Positions 40,085 through 49,214 of a stretch of 64,000 nt of DNA are shown here, in pieces (position 1 is the first letter of the stretch; each line of letters opens with the position of its first letter). Source of the DNA: a virus. Location of the stretch: IMG/VR virus record IMGVR_UViG_3300025674_000015; one strand, given 5' to 3'. The notes under the pieces were generated by a model. The model had not been told where the DNA came from, did not search any database, and saw nothing but the letters and a program-made list of their open reading frames with translations. The position numbers and the translations under genes are program-made.

Positions 40085-41251
40085 ATGGCTTTTTACAAGT
40101 TCAATAAAGATGATATTTTGGTTAATACCATTAAATCATACCCTCAAGTTAATTTCTTCATAAACAACAAATATGTGTTCTATAATCAGCAAATTCCAGA
40201 GACAGGCTCTACGACCTCGACTCGTGGGGTTCCAAATGGACACATTAGTCTTCATGAGTTGAATGTTGATCGACCTTCTGGTCAATTGATCTCTCCTTTT
40301 GTGTACAAAACTTCTGATTTGAATGTTTTCAGATCGGTGACAGCAACCTCATTCAATCAAGGTCAGTACGGCGATAAGATTGATGGATATTACCCAATGT
40401 CCGCTTCGCTTTCAGTTGATAGGTTGGCAGGAACACATAAGAAGATCACAGCGCTTAAAAACACCATGAATTTCTATAGAAGATTTAGCCAGCATTATGA
40501 ATTTAATTCAGGGGCAGATCGTCTAGATAGGAACATAGCTAACTCAACTGTCAACTTGATCAGCATTCCTTCTATATTTTATGGCTCGCAAATCAAAAAA
40601 GGAACAGTTGATTTAAAGTTTCTAGTTTCTGGAACTTTGCTAGCACAACTTAAAGATGAAAAGCAAAACGGAGAACTAATTCAAACAGGCCCAGAAGGAA
40701 GTTTAGGCTCTGGATCGACACAAGGCATTGTTTTATACAATGAAGGTTTCCTTCTCCTGACCGGCTCAGATTCCTTGCATGGCTCGCATAGAGAGAATTA
40801 TCTAGGAACCGGACCAGAAGCTCCTGCATGGATTTACTTTGCAACAACAGGCTCTGCAACGGCTGGAACCGGAGTGCCTTCTTCTAGCTTCGATTTAGCC
40901 TTTAGCGGAACTTCCTATATTGAAAACATCACAATGTTCGCTCATGCGAAAAGAGGCGAGCTTAATCACTCAAACAACCCAACTTATATTTTGTCAGGCT
41001 CCGGCAACAATTATATGACAGTTACAACCGGCTCCGGAAATCAATACAAAGAATTGGACAACATTCAAATCAAAAATGTTGTTTCAGCTTCTTATCAAAA
41101 CGTCACAGGCTCTTTTGAGAAAACAACCTATATCTCAAAAATTGGAATTTATGATAAGGATAAGAACCTTATTGGAATCACCAGCATGGCCGTCCCAATT
41201 AAAAAAACAGCTAATAGAGGATTAACATTTAAGATCAAGTATGATATATGA
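40085..41251 (+). CDS. Tail-collar/baseplate structural protein, paralogue of 38931..40082
   Basis: LNHSNNPTY...YISKIGIYDKDKNLIG...PIKK...KIKYDI. Confidence 0.7.
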   Translation: MAFYKFNKDDILVNTIKSYPQVNFFINNKYVFYNQQIPETGSTTSTRGVPNGHISLHELNVDRPSGQLISPFVYKTSDLNVFRSVTATSFNQGQYGDKIDGYYPMSASLSVDRLAGTHKKITALKNTMNFYRRFSQHYEFNSGADRLDRNIANSTVNLISIPSIFYGSQIKKGTVDLKFLVSGTLLAQLKDEKQNGELIQTGPEGSLGSGSTQGIVLYNEGFLLLTGSDSLHGSHRENYLGTGPEAPAWIYFATTGSATAGTGVPSSSFDLAFSGTSYIENITMFAHAKRGELNHSNNPTYILSGSGNNYMTVTTGSGNQYKELDNIQIKNVVSASYQNVTGSFEKTTYISKIGIYDKDKNLIGITSMAVPIKKTANRGLTFKIKYDI

Positions 41252-41257
41252 TATAAT
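41249..41257 (+). promoter_or_regulatory. Extended -10 sigma70-type promoter (TGaTATAAT)
   Basis: At the switch from structural to replication genes; a GGAGG RBS follows. Confidence 0.6.
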
Positions 41258-41281
41258 ATTCTTTTATATTTGGAGGAATAA

Positions 41282-41809
41282 ATGATACTAGGTTTAGATG
41301 TTAGCACAAGCATAACTGGAATTTGTGTACTTGACAAAGAAGAGAATATAGTTTATAATTCTGCTGTAGATACTAGAAAATACAAAAATATGTACGAAAA
41401 AGCAGAAAAAGTAAAAGAAAAGCTTGAAGAATTAAAAAAAGAATATGATATTAATAGCATTTATATTGAAAAGTCTTTACAATCTTTTAGATCAGGCTTC
41501 TCCTCTGCGAAAGTTCTTTCAACATTATCTGCTTTCAATGGGATTGTATCTTGGTTCTGTTATGAGATCTATGGAATGCCCCCAGAGTATATTTCGGCTT
41601 CCTCCGCAAGAAAAGATTGCGGTATCAAAGTTCCAAAAGGTCAAAAGGCAAAGCCCTTTGTTTTAGGAGTCTTGGTGAAAGAAGGCTTAATCAGTCCAGA
41701 ATATACGAAGAAGGGCAATCCCAAGCCCATCTACTATGACATGTCTGACGCAATTGTCATTGCAAAATCAGGATTTAAGAAATCACTTGACAACACCCCT
41801 CATTCTTGA
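41282..41809 (+). CDS. RuvC-like Holliday junction resolvase
   Basis: ILGLDVSTSITG, IYIE and DMSDAIVIA acidic catalytic motifs. Confidence 0.85.
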   Translation: MILGLDVSTSITGICVLDKEENIVYNSAVDTRKYKNMYEKAEKVKEKLEELKKEYDINSIYIEKSLQSFRSGFSSAKVLSTLSAFNGIVSWFCYEIYGMPPEYISASSARKDCGIKVPKGQKAKPFVLGVLVKEGLISPEYTKKGNPKPIYYDMSDAIVIAKSGFKKSLDNTPHS

Positions 41810-41815
41810 TATAAT
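41787..41815 (+). promoter_or_regulatory. Consensus sigma70 promoter TTGACA-N17-TATAAT with extended -10 TG
   Basis: TTGACA 41787-41792, TG 41807-41808, TATAAT 41810-41815; upstream of the primase. Confidence 0.85.
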
Positions 41816-41844
41816 GTGTGTAACTTTTTCAAAGGAAACCACAC

Positions 41845-42768
41845 ATGAAAGAACTATCCATCCTTAAAAACACATTAGATCATGCCTACTCTAAAGGAAG
41901 TGAGCATCTTTTCTATTGTCCTTTCTGCAAACATCACAAGCCAAAAATGTCTGTGAACATCTCTAAAAACGTATTCAAATGCTGGGTTTGTGACACAAGC
42001 GGTAAAAACGTCTACTACCTTCTAAAAAGGTTTGGAACGTTTGACAATCAACAAGAGTGGCTTAAGATCACAAATCAGATCGATGTTCGCGACTTTGAAC
42101 TGATCATAACAGGATCAGCTTCCAACGAAAAGATCAAACAAAAGATCGATCTTCCAGAGGAATATAAACCACTGTTTACAGGCTCTATTGATCTTTATTC
42201 ACAAATACCATTGAACTATCTGACAAAAAGAGGCTTCAGCCATGACAAGATTTACAAATACAAGATAGGCTATTGCGCTTCCGGAGAATACAAAGGAAGA
42301 ATAATCATTCCTTCTTTTGATGAAGAAGGCGATGTAAGTTATTTTGTTTCTAGAACTTATACAAAACAAAAAAGAAAATACAAAAATCCAAGAGTTTCAA
42401 AAGATATCGTGTTCAACGATCTTTTGATTGATTGGCAAAAGCCAATTGTCTTGGTTGAAGGCGTTTTCGATTCTATTCATGAGGAAAACATGATTCCAAT
42501 CTTGGGTTCGACTTTATCAGAAAAAACAGAGCTTTTTCAAAAAATTGTTGAAAAAAGCCCCAAAACCTATATTGCATTAGATCCAGACGCTTACAAAAAA
42601 GAAATGAATATAGTATCAAATCTTATAAAGTATGGAGTAGGTGTATGGAAAATAGAAGTTCCGGAGGGCAAAGATTTGAATGATATATCAAAATATGAAT
42701 ATCAAAGATTGAAAATGACAGCAAAGCAAGTTAAATTTGACACTTTATTTGAAATGATCAACATATAG
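41845..42768 (+). CDS. DNA primase (zinc finger + TOPRIM)
   Basis: CPFC...CWVC, GRIIIP, KYKNP, VEGVFD, LDPD. Confidence 0.9.
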   Translation: MKELSILKNTLDHAYSKGSEHLFYCPFCKHHKPKMSVNISKNVFKCWVCDTSGKNVYYLLKRFGTFDNQQEWLKITNQIDVRDFELIITGSASNEKIKQKIDLPEEYKPLFTGSIDLYSQIPLNYLTKRGFSHDKIYKYKIGYCASGEYKGRIIIPSFDEEGDVSYFVSRTYTKQKRKYKNPRVSKDIVFNDLLIDWQKPIVLVEGVFDSIHEENMIPILGSTLSEKTELFQKIVEKSPKTYIALDPDAYKKEMNIVSNLIKYGVGVWKIEVPEGKDLNDISKYEYQRLKMTAKQVKFDTLFEMINI

Positions 42769-42777
42769 GAGGCAGAG

Positions 42778-43164
42778 ATGATTGAATTTTTGAAACAAGA
42801 AGGCGTTTATGAATTGGTTTGGTTCCTTTCGGGGGTTCTTTGTTACATGACATTGCAATTCATTGTTGGAGCGAGATCGGCTTATAAGCTTATTAAAGCA
42901 ACGATGTATGCATCACTGTCTTTGCTTTTGCGAGCTTACTCATACAGCATGGATGAAATAGAGCTTCAAAGAGAAGAGTTCAAAAAGAATAATCCAGACT
43001 ACACAGATTATGCCTTAGAAAAAGAATTCTCAGAAAGGGAAGAGCAGATTAACAAACGCCGCGACAAAGCATTTGCAGCCATGGCTGACGTTGCTCCCCC
43101 AATCTTTGAAGTTGTTAGAAAAGAAATAAATGATGCAGTCAATACAGGAGTGTTTGATGACTAA
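42778..43164 (+). CDS. Hypothetical membrane protein
   Basis: AGGAGG RBS; N-terminal hydrophobic helix. Confidence 0.7.
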   Translation: MIEFLKQEGVYELVWFLSGVLCYMTLQFIVGARSAYKLIKATMYASLSLLLRAYSYSMDEIELQREEFKKNNPDYTDYALEKEFSEREEQINKRRDKAFAAMADVAPPIFEVVRKEINDAVNTGVFDD

Positions 43165-46100
43165 ATTCGCCCACATCGCAGATACCCACATTAAAAACCT
43201 TAAATATCACTATGAATATGATCTAGTTTTCAAGCAACTTTACAAAGAATTGAAAAGAGAAAAGCCAGATTATATTATCCACTGTGGCGATATTGCTCAT
43301 ACCAAAACTCAAATCTCACCAGAATTTGTTGAAATCTGCTCTGATTTCTTTAAGAACTTGGCAGCAATTGCGCCAACTTACATTATCTTGGGGAACCACG
43401 ATGGAAACCTACGCAATAAAAGCCGTCAGGATGCCATTTCTCCCATTGTAGATGCCCTAGGTATAGCTAACCTCCATTTGATCAAGAACGCGGCTAAAAT
43501 AAGGCTTCCAGAGCCTTTTACGCTGAATGTATTGAGTATCTTTGACGAAGACAATTGGGATCTAACACAAGATCCAGATCGCATCAACATTGCTCTTTAC
43601 CATGGAGCAGTCAAAGGGTCAAAAACAGATGTTGGATATGTTATTGAACATGGCGATGTTGAGATCAAAGATCTTAAAAAGTTTGATTATGGTTTTTTGG
43701 GAGACATTCACAAGACAAATCAGAAGATCGATCGCAAAGGAAAGATCAGATATGCCGGATCGACGGTGCAACAGAACTTTGGTGAGACAGATGACAAGGG
43801 CTTTTTGATTTGGGAGATTGAAGATAAGGACAAGTTCTCTGTTCGGCATATTCTTTTGGAAAACCCAAAGCCTTTTGTTACAATTAAGCTAACAAAGAAA
43901 GGCAAAATTCCAAAATCAGCCAAGCCAAAGCCCGGATCTAGGATTAGACTAGTGTCTGAAAGTAATATTACACTTGACGTTCTTAAGAAAGCCATGGAAG
44001 ATGCAAAGATCAATTTCAAACCAGAATCGATTACACATCTTAACAAGGCCGATCTAATTGAGAAGAGCGTTACACTAGAGGATGATCAGGTAGAGAACCT
44101 TCGCGATGTTGAAGTCCAGAAAAAGCTTATGAAAGAATATCTGGAAGATTTTGAAGTTGAAGATGATGTTATGGAAAAGGTTATTGAGCTTAATGCAAAA
44201 TACAATTCCCTTGTTGATGCAAAAGAAGATCAGCTTCGAAATCTAAATTGGAAGATGAAGTCTATGGAATGGGAAAACCTTTTCAATTATGGGGGAGATA
44301 ACTCTTTGGACTTTAAAAAGTTAAAAGGTATTGTTGGAATCTTTGGAAAGAATTATTCCGGGAAGTCCAGCATTATTGATTCTTTTCTTCTTGGAGCTTT
44401 TAATACAACTTCAAAGCCGGCAAAAAAGAATATTTCTTTTGTTAACCAAAACAAAGAAGAAGCCAGTGTTGAGCTTAAGTTTGACATTGGGAAGGAAGAA
44501 TATACAATCTCTAGAAGTATCGAGAAATATGTTAAAAAGCTGAAAGGAAAAACAACAGACGAAGCCAGAGTAAACGTTGAGTTTTCTAGCTATGACAAAG
44601 TGGCGAAGAAGACGACAGAACTGAATGGAAACACAAGAGCAGAGACAGATAGAAACATTCGCAAATACATTGGTTCTATTGAAGACTTTTTGATTACATC
44701 GATGTCAGCACAGCATGGGGCGTTGCAATTTGTTAATGAAGGCTCGACAAAGCGAAAAGAGATTCTAGCAAAGTTTTTGGATTTGGTTTTCTTTGAAGAT
44801 AAGTTTAAAGCCGCAAAAGAAGACTCCAGAGATCTCAAGGCTTTGATCAAAAAAGAAGAAGAAAGAGACTTTAAAGATGAGATCTTTCAACAAGAAAGCG
44901 CTCTAATCTACAATCAGCTTGATCTAGACGAGAAGAAACAATGTTGCGATAGACTCAGTGATGAAAAGAAAGAAATGGAAAAAGAACTTTCTCTTTTGGG
45001 ATTTAAGATAAAGTCAGTCCCAGCGAAGATCATCGATGTTAAAAAGTGTAAGAAAGAATTGAAAAGATCTTTGGAAATACTGGAAACTTTGAAAGAGTCA
45101 CAGAAAGAAAAAGAATCCATCAAGAAAGAAAAAGAAGAGCATCTAGAAAAGATCAAGAACTTTCTTTCTGATTTCAACCCTGATGAGTATTATGAATCAT
45201 ACGAACTTGGAAAAGAAAAAGCAAAAGAAATCAAATTGATTTTGAATAAAATCCAACAAGAAGAGATCAAAAAGAAAATGGAAAAGAAAAAGATCTCTCT
45301 TTTGGATCAAGTTCCATGTGGAGATCAATTCAAAACTTGTAAATTTATCAAGGATGCTTTTAGGGCAAAGACAACAGTTTCTGAATTGGAACTTGCTCTC
45401 AAAGGTTTGGAAAAGAAAAAAGAAGAAGCAGAGGAGTACATATCCAGCGAAGAATATAAAAAAGCAGAGGAGTATGTTCAAAATTACGAAAAGCTGGTTC
45501 AGAAAAAGAATTCTGTTTCTTCCGATCTTTTGAAAATCAAAAACAAAGTTTTGGAAAATCAAACAAAGATAACTTCAACAGAATCGATCATCGAAGACTT
45601 GAAGGCAGATATCAAAGAATACGAAGAAAACAAAGAGGCAATTGAAAACTTGGAAGCTTTGATAAAACAAGAAAACAAAATGAAAAAAGACCTTAAACAA
45701 AAAGAAAATGAATACAATACATGCGAAGCAGAATACATTCACCTTCATACTGTCAAAGGTCAGATCGAACAAAGATTGGATTCTGTTAAGAAAGAATCAG
45801 AAGAGTATGAAGAAAACAAAAAGAAGTTTGCAGCATATCATCTTTTCATGACTTGCTATCATACTTCCGGAATCTCATATGAAATTATCAAAAAGAGACT
45901 TCCAAAGATCAACGAAGAGATCCAAAAGATTCTAACAGGAATTGTTGACTTTGATGTTTTCTTTGAAACAGAGGAAAAAAAGCTGAACATCTACATTCAA
46001 CATTTGGGTTATGATGCAAGACCTTTGGAGTTGGGCTCCGGAGCAGAAAAGTCTATAGCAGCCATGGCGATAAGGCTAGCTCTTTTGAATATATCATCTT

Positions 46101-46306
46101 TGCCAAAAAGCGATATTTTTATTCTAGATGAGCCGGGAACAGCTTTGGATGAAAGCAATTTGGAAGGATTTACAAGAATCCTTCAGATGATCAAAAACTA
46201 TTTCAAAACTGTTTTGCTTATAAGTCATATGGACTCTCTTAAGGACGTTGTTGATTTAACAATTGACATCGACAAAGTTGATGGATATGCAAAGGTAAAT
46301 CAATGA
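43157..46306 (+). CDS. Fused SbcD/Mre11 nuclease - SbcC/Rad50 ATPase (T4 gp47-gp46-like recombination nuclease)
   Basis: ADTH, CGD and GNHD phosphoesterase motifs; Walker A GKNYSGKS; long coiled coil; GSGAE signature; ILDEPGTALD; ISH. Start at ATG 43157 after AGGAG. Confidence 0.92.
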   Translation: MTKFAHIADTHIKNLKYHYEYDLVFKQLYKELKREKPDYIIHCGDIAHTKTQISPEFVEICSDFFKNLAAIAPTYIILGNHDGNLRNKSRQDAISPIVDALGIANLHLIKNAAKIRLPEPFTLNVLSIFDEDNWDLTQDPDRINIALYHGAVKGSKTDVGYVIEHGDVEIKDLKKFDYGFLGDIHKTNQKIDRKGKIRYAGSTVQQNFGETDDKGFLIWEIEDKDKFSVRHILLENPKPFVTIKLTKKGKIPKSAKPKPGSRIRLVSESNITLDVLKKAMEDAKINFKPESITHLNKADLIEKSVTLEDDQVENLRDVEVQKKLMKEYLEDFEVEDDVMEKVIELNAKYNSLVDAKEDQLRNLNWKMKSMEWENLFNYGGDNSLDFKKLKGIVGIFGKNYSGKSSIIDSFLLGAFNTTSKPAKKNISFVNQNKEEASVELKFDIGKEEYTISRSIEKYVKKLKGKTTDEARVNVEFSSYDKVAKKTTELNGNTRAETDRNIRKYIGSIEDFLITSMSAQHGALQFVNEGSTKRKEILAKFLDLVFFEDKFKAAKEDSRDLKALIKKEEERDFKDEIFQQESALIYNQLDLDEKKQCCDRLSDEKKEMEKELSLLGFKIKSVPAKIIDVKKCKKELKRSLEILETLKESQKEKESIKKEKEEHLEKIKNFLSDFNPDEYYESYELGKEKAKEIKLILNKIQQEEIKKKMEKKKISLLDQVPCGDQFKTCKFIKDAFRAKTTVSELELALKGLEKKKEEAEEYISSEEYKKAEEYVQNYEKLVQKKNSVSSDLLKIKNKVLENQTKITSTESIIEDLKADIKEYEENKEAIENLEALIKQENKMKKDLKQKENEYNTCEAEYIHLHTVKGQIEQRLDSVKKESEEYEENKKKFAAYHLFMTCYHTSGISYEIIKKRLPKINEEIQKILTGIVDFDVFFETEEKKLNIYIQHLGYDARPLELGSGAEKSIAAMAIRLALLNISSLPKSDIFILDEPGTALDESNLEGFTRILQMIKNYFKTVLLISHMDSLKDVVDLTIDIDKVDGYAKVNQ

Positions 46307-46313
46307 AAGACAC

Positions 46314-46330
46314 CTAATTATATATAAATT
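46314..46330 (+). promoter_or_regulatory. Candidate late promoter (CTAATTATA / TATAAAT) at the start of the cargo island
   Basis: Intergenic; variant of the CTAWTTA motif. Confidence 0.4.
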
Positions 46331-46347
46331 ATAAAAGGTGTCCATTC

Positions 46348-46773
46348 ATGATAAAAGTCAAATTCCGCAGAAAACTTACCATTTTAGAAGACAAGAAGGC
46401 TTGTCCCCCTGCCACACAAGATTTAAAACTCAACACTAAAAATAGAAACTCTGCAATCAAAGCAGAACACATTCAGTACGGCCCTTTGAACCTTTCTGAT
46501 GAGGAATACTGGGAAAGAGCCGCAGAACATTGGAAAACAACACCAGAGGTTGCTAAGAAGTCTAAATGCGGCAATTGTGTTGCTTTTGATATTTCTCCAA
46601 GAATGGATGAGTGTATGCCGGGACCAGTTTCTGACGAAGACGGTCGTTTAGGTTATTGCTGGATGCATCACTTTAAATGTCATAGCGCCAGAACATGCTT
46701 TACTTGGGCCGCTGGTGGGCCGATCAAAGAAGATAGAGTGTCTATGGAGTGGCAGAAAAAGGGCGAAAAATAA
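46348..46773 (+). CDS. HiPIP-like Cys-rich (putative Fe-S) protein
   Basis: KCGNCVAF...GYCWMHHFKCHSARTCFTW resembles the HiPIP CxxC...C...CxxW spacing. Confidence 0.5.
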   Translation: MIKVKFRRKLTILEDKKACPPATQDLKLNTKNRNSAIKAEHIQYGPLNLSDEEYWERAAEHWKTTPEVAKKSKCGNCVAFDISPRMDECMPGPVSDEDGRLGYCWMHHFKCHSARTCFTWAAGGPIKEDRVSMEWQKKGEK

Positions 46774-48242
46774 TGCCTTATAAGATAAGAAAGATAAAGT
46801 GCAAAAAAGCAGATGGCTCTTCTGGAACTCATGTTGCTTATAAGAAGAGCGGCAAGCGTGTCGGTTGCACAGACGATCCGGAAGACTACAAAAAAGCCTT
46901 GTATGCTGCCGAACTAAACGAGCAAGAAGAGAACGAAGAAGCCATCATAAAAGATGTAGAAGATGAAGTCTTCTTACATTTTACAACGCGAGAAAGAGCC
47001 GAGAAGATAAAAGACATGAAAATGCTTTTAAAGTCTCCGCAAGATGTTCAAAAGTTTGGAACGGATACCATTGATGCAGTTTCTTTGATATGGGGAGAGT
47101 TTGTCCCAACAGTTCAAGTTAACCACATACTTGGTGAGGATATTGTAGCAGTCAAGTTCAGAACGCATCATCCACCTAAGTATGGTTTTGTCGAAGAAGT
47201 TAAATGGGATCAAGAAGAACTTCCAATATATGATATTGATATCATATCTTTTGAAGAGGCTGAAAGAGCATTGAAAAACACATCAGAAAAATATGATGAT
47301 ATGCAACAAATATTGTACAAGGAATCCAACATGAGAAAGCTTAAATTAAAAGATCCTTTGCCAAACTCTAAATACCAAAAAAAGGTTCGCAAAGGCCACA
47401 AAAAGAAAAAGAAAGAACTGATCGGATCAGGTGATGGCCCTGAGTCTTCTCCTTTCACTCAAGATCCTCCCTTTGAAAGATCAAAGTCTGCCCCTCCTTT
47501 AGGTGAAGGTAAAAAGAAAAAGAAGAAAAAAAGAAAAGTTAAAGTTAAAAAGAAATCAAAAGGTAAAGACGATCGTTGCACTCGTATTGCAAAAAGAAAA
47601 TATGATGTGTGGCCCTCTGCCTACGCTAGCGGCGCTGTTGTTAAATGTCGCCAAGGAAAGATTTGGAAAGGTATCACAGAAGAGCTTGATAAAAAAGAAA
47701 AAAGCGAAATTAAAAAGATTCAAAAAGAACTTGGGAATGCATCAGAGTCCCACAAAAAACTAGCGGATATCATGTCAGAATTGGAAGATGAGCTTGATGC
47801 ATTGGAAGATAAGTTTGAAGTTGAATTGGAAAAAGCCGCAGAAAAAATGAAAGCCGGCTCTAAAGCTCATGCAGACCAAGTTAAAAGATTGGACAAAATC
47901 ATTCAAGAAGAGGTTGAAGCCTTTTTGATGATGGAAAAGAAAAAAAAGAAAAAGAAAGCTAAAAAAAAAGTAAAAACTGACTTTTCCAAAGAAAAAGATA
48001 AAGGTCTCCATGGTTGGTTTGAAAGGCAAGGCGGCAAAGGAAAAAGCAAAGGTTGGGTTGATTGCAACACATGTCGGAAAGATAAAAAGACCGGAAAGAA
48101 AACTTGCAAAACTTGTGGAAGGCAAGAGGGTGAAAAAAGAGCAAAATATCCATCTTGTCGTCCAACACCGGCTGCTTGTGGAAGCAAGGGTAAAGGAAAG
48201 TCTTGGGGTAAGAAATCTGCTAAAAAGGGAAAGAAAAAATGA
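46773..48242 (+). CDS. Multi-module basic protein (putative polyprotein/internal head protein)
   Basis: Several small Cys- and Lys-rich modules separated by (I/L)-x-E sites. Start at ATG 46773 overlaps the upstream TAA. Confidence 0.7.
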   Translation: MPYKIRKIKCKKADGSSGTHVAYKKSGKRVGCTDDPEDYKKALYAAELNEQEENEEAIIKDVEDEVFLHFTTRERAEKIKDMKMLLKSPQDVQKFGTDTIDAVSLIWGEFVPTVQVNHILGEDIVAVKFRTHHPPKYGFVEEVKWDQEELPIYDIDIISFEEAERALKNTSEKYDDMQQILYKESNMRKLKLKDPLPNSKYQKKVRKGHKKKKKELIGSGDGPESSPFTQDPPFERSKSAPPLGEGKKKKKKKRKVKVKKKSKGKDDRCTRIAKRKYDVWPSAYASGAVVKCRQGKIWKGITEELDKKEKSEIKKIQKELGNASESHKKLADIMSELEDELDALEDKFEVELEKAAEKMKAGSKAHADQVKRLDKIIQEEVEAFLMMEKKKKKKKAKKKVKTDFSKEKDKGLHGWFERQGGKGKSKGWVDCNTCRKDKKTGKKTCKTCGRQEGEKRAKYPSCRPTPAACGSKGKGKSWGKKSAKKGKKK

Positions 48243-48934
48243 ATATTTCTAAAAAAAGAATCAAACAAATTATCAAAGAAGAATTAGAAGTTGTTTTGAG
48301 CGATCAAGAGGTTAAAGAGTTTTTTGGAGTAGATCCAAGTAATTTGAAAAAATCCTTGAACTCTGAAGTAGACAAAAGAATTGATATGCTAGAAGGTCAA
48401 TTGTCTGAAGGCATGAGATATCATATCAAAAACAACATTCCAGTTGATAAGAATATTTATCGCTTGAATTCTAAAAACTTCTTTTCTCTTTTTCGAGAAG
48501 CTAGAAGCTTGTACAAAAAAGATTTGGTGGTCTTATCAGAAAGTGAAAAGTATTATATCTCTGAAACTGACATTGGAGAGTTTGGAAGATATGGAAATAC
48601 AATGGTTCCTTTGGACTTCCCCATGGTTGAGGGCGAATCGATTTTGGAAGCAAAATACAAAGGAAAGAAAGTAACTTTAAACAGACCGCAAAGAGGCGGT
48701 TCTAAAAAGTTTTATGTTTATGTTAGAGATCCAAAGTCTGGAAACATTCGTAAAGTTTCGTTTGGCTCCAAAGGAATGTCTGTCAAGGTCGCTAGCCCGG
48801 AAAGAAGAAAGTCTTTCGCAGCACGACACAAATGCAAGGAAAAGAAAGACAAAACAAAAGCAGGATACTGGGCATGTCGCGTAGGGCGCTATCCACACTT
48901 GACCGGCTCTAAGTCTAGATTTACTTGGTGGTAG
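48239..48934 (+). CDS. Leader-bearing protein with a basic C-terminal module (DUF6321-like, RRKSFAARHKC)
   Basis: MNISKKRIKQIIKEELE leader; KVSFG...RRKSFAARHKC...AGYWAC. Confidence 0.7.
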   Translation: MNISKKRIKQIIKEELEVVLSDQEVKEFFGVDPSNLKKSLNSEVDKRIDMLEGQLSEGMRYHIKNNIPVDKNIYRLNSKNFFSLFREARSLYKKDLVVLSESEKYYISETDIGEFGRYGNTMVPLDFPMVEGESILEAKYKGKKVTLNRPQRGGSKKFYVYVRDPKSGNIRKVSFGSKGMSVKVASPERRKSFAARHKCKEKKDKTKAGYWACRVGRYPHLTGSKSRFTWW

Positions 48935-48935
48935 T

Positions 48936-49214
48936 ATGGAATTTCCTTTCAAAGAAAAGAAACTAGAAGATAATATTGTGATCAGAGAGTTTAAAGAGGA
49001 TGTTGACTCTGAAGAACTTGTTTGGCATAGAGATAGAGAAAATAGAGAAGTTACAATTTTGCAATCTTCTGGTTGGCAACTTCAAATGGATAATGAAGTA
49101 CCAAAAGATTTACAAGAAGGAAAGACATATTATATTCCAGCCTTTGTTTACCACAGGGTGATTAAGGGTAGTGGCGATCTTATTGTTAAAATAAAAAAGG
49201 AGCTAATAAAATGA
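48936..49214 (+). CDS. Small cupin-fold protein
   Basis: WHRDRE...YYIPAFVYHRV matches cupin motif 1/2 spacing. Confidence 0.65.
   Translation: MEFPFKEKKLEDNIVIREFKEDVDSEELVWHRDRENREVTILQSSGWQLQMDNEVPKDLQEGKTYYIPAFVYHRVIKGSGDLIVKIKKELIK

Noticed and set aside
47500-47975. Poly-A runs as programmed frameshift sites
   Set aside because: They encode poly-Lys in an ORF that stays open and coherent; no better alternative frame found.
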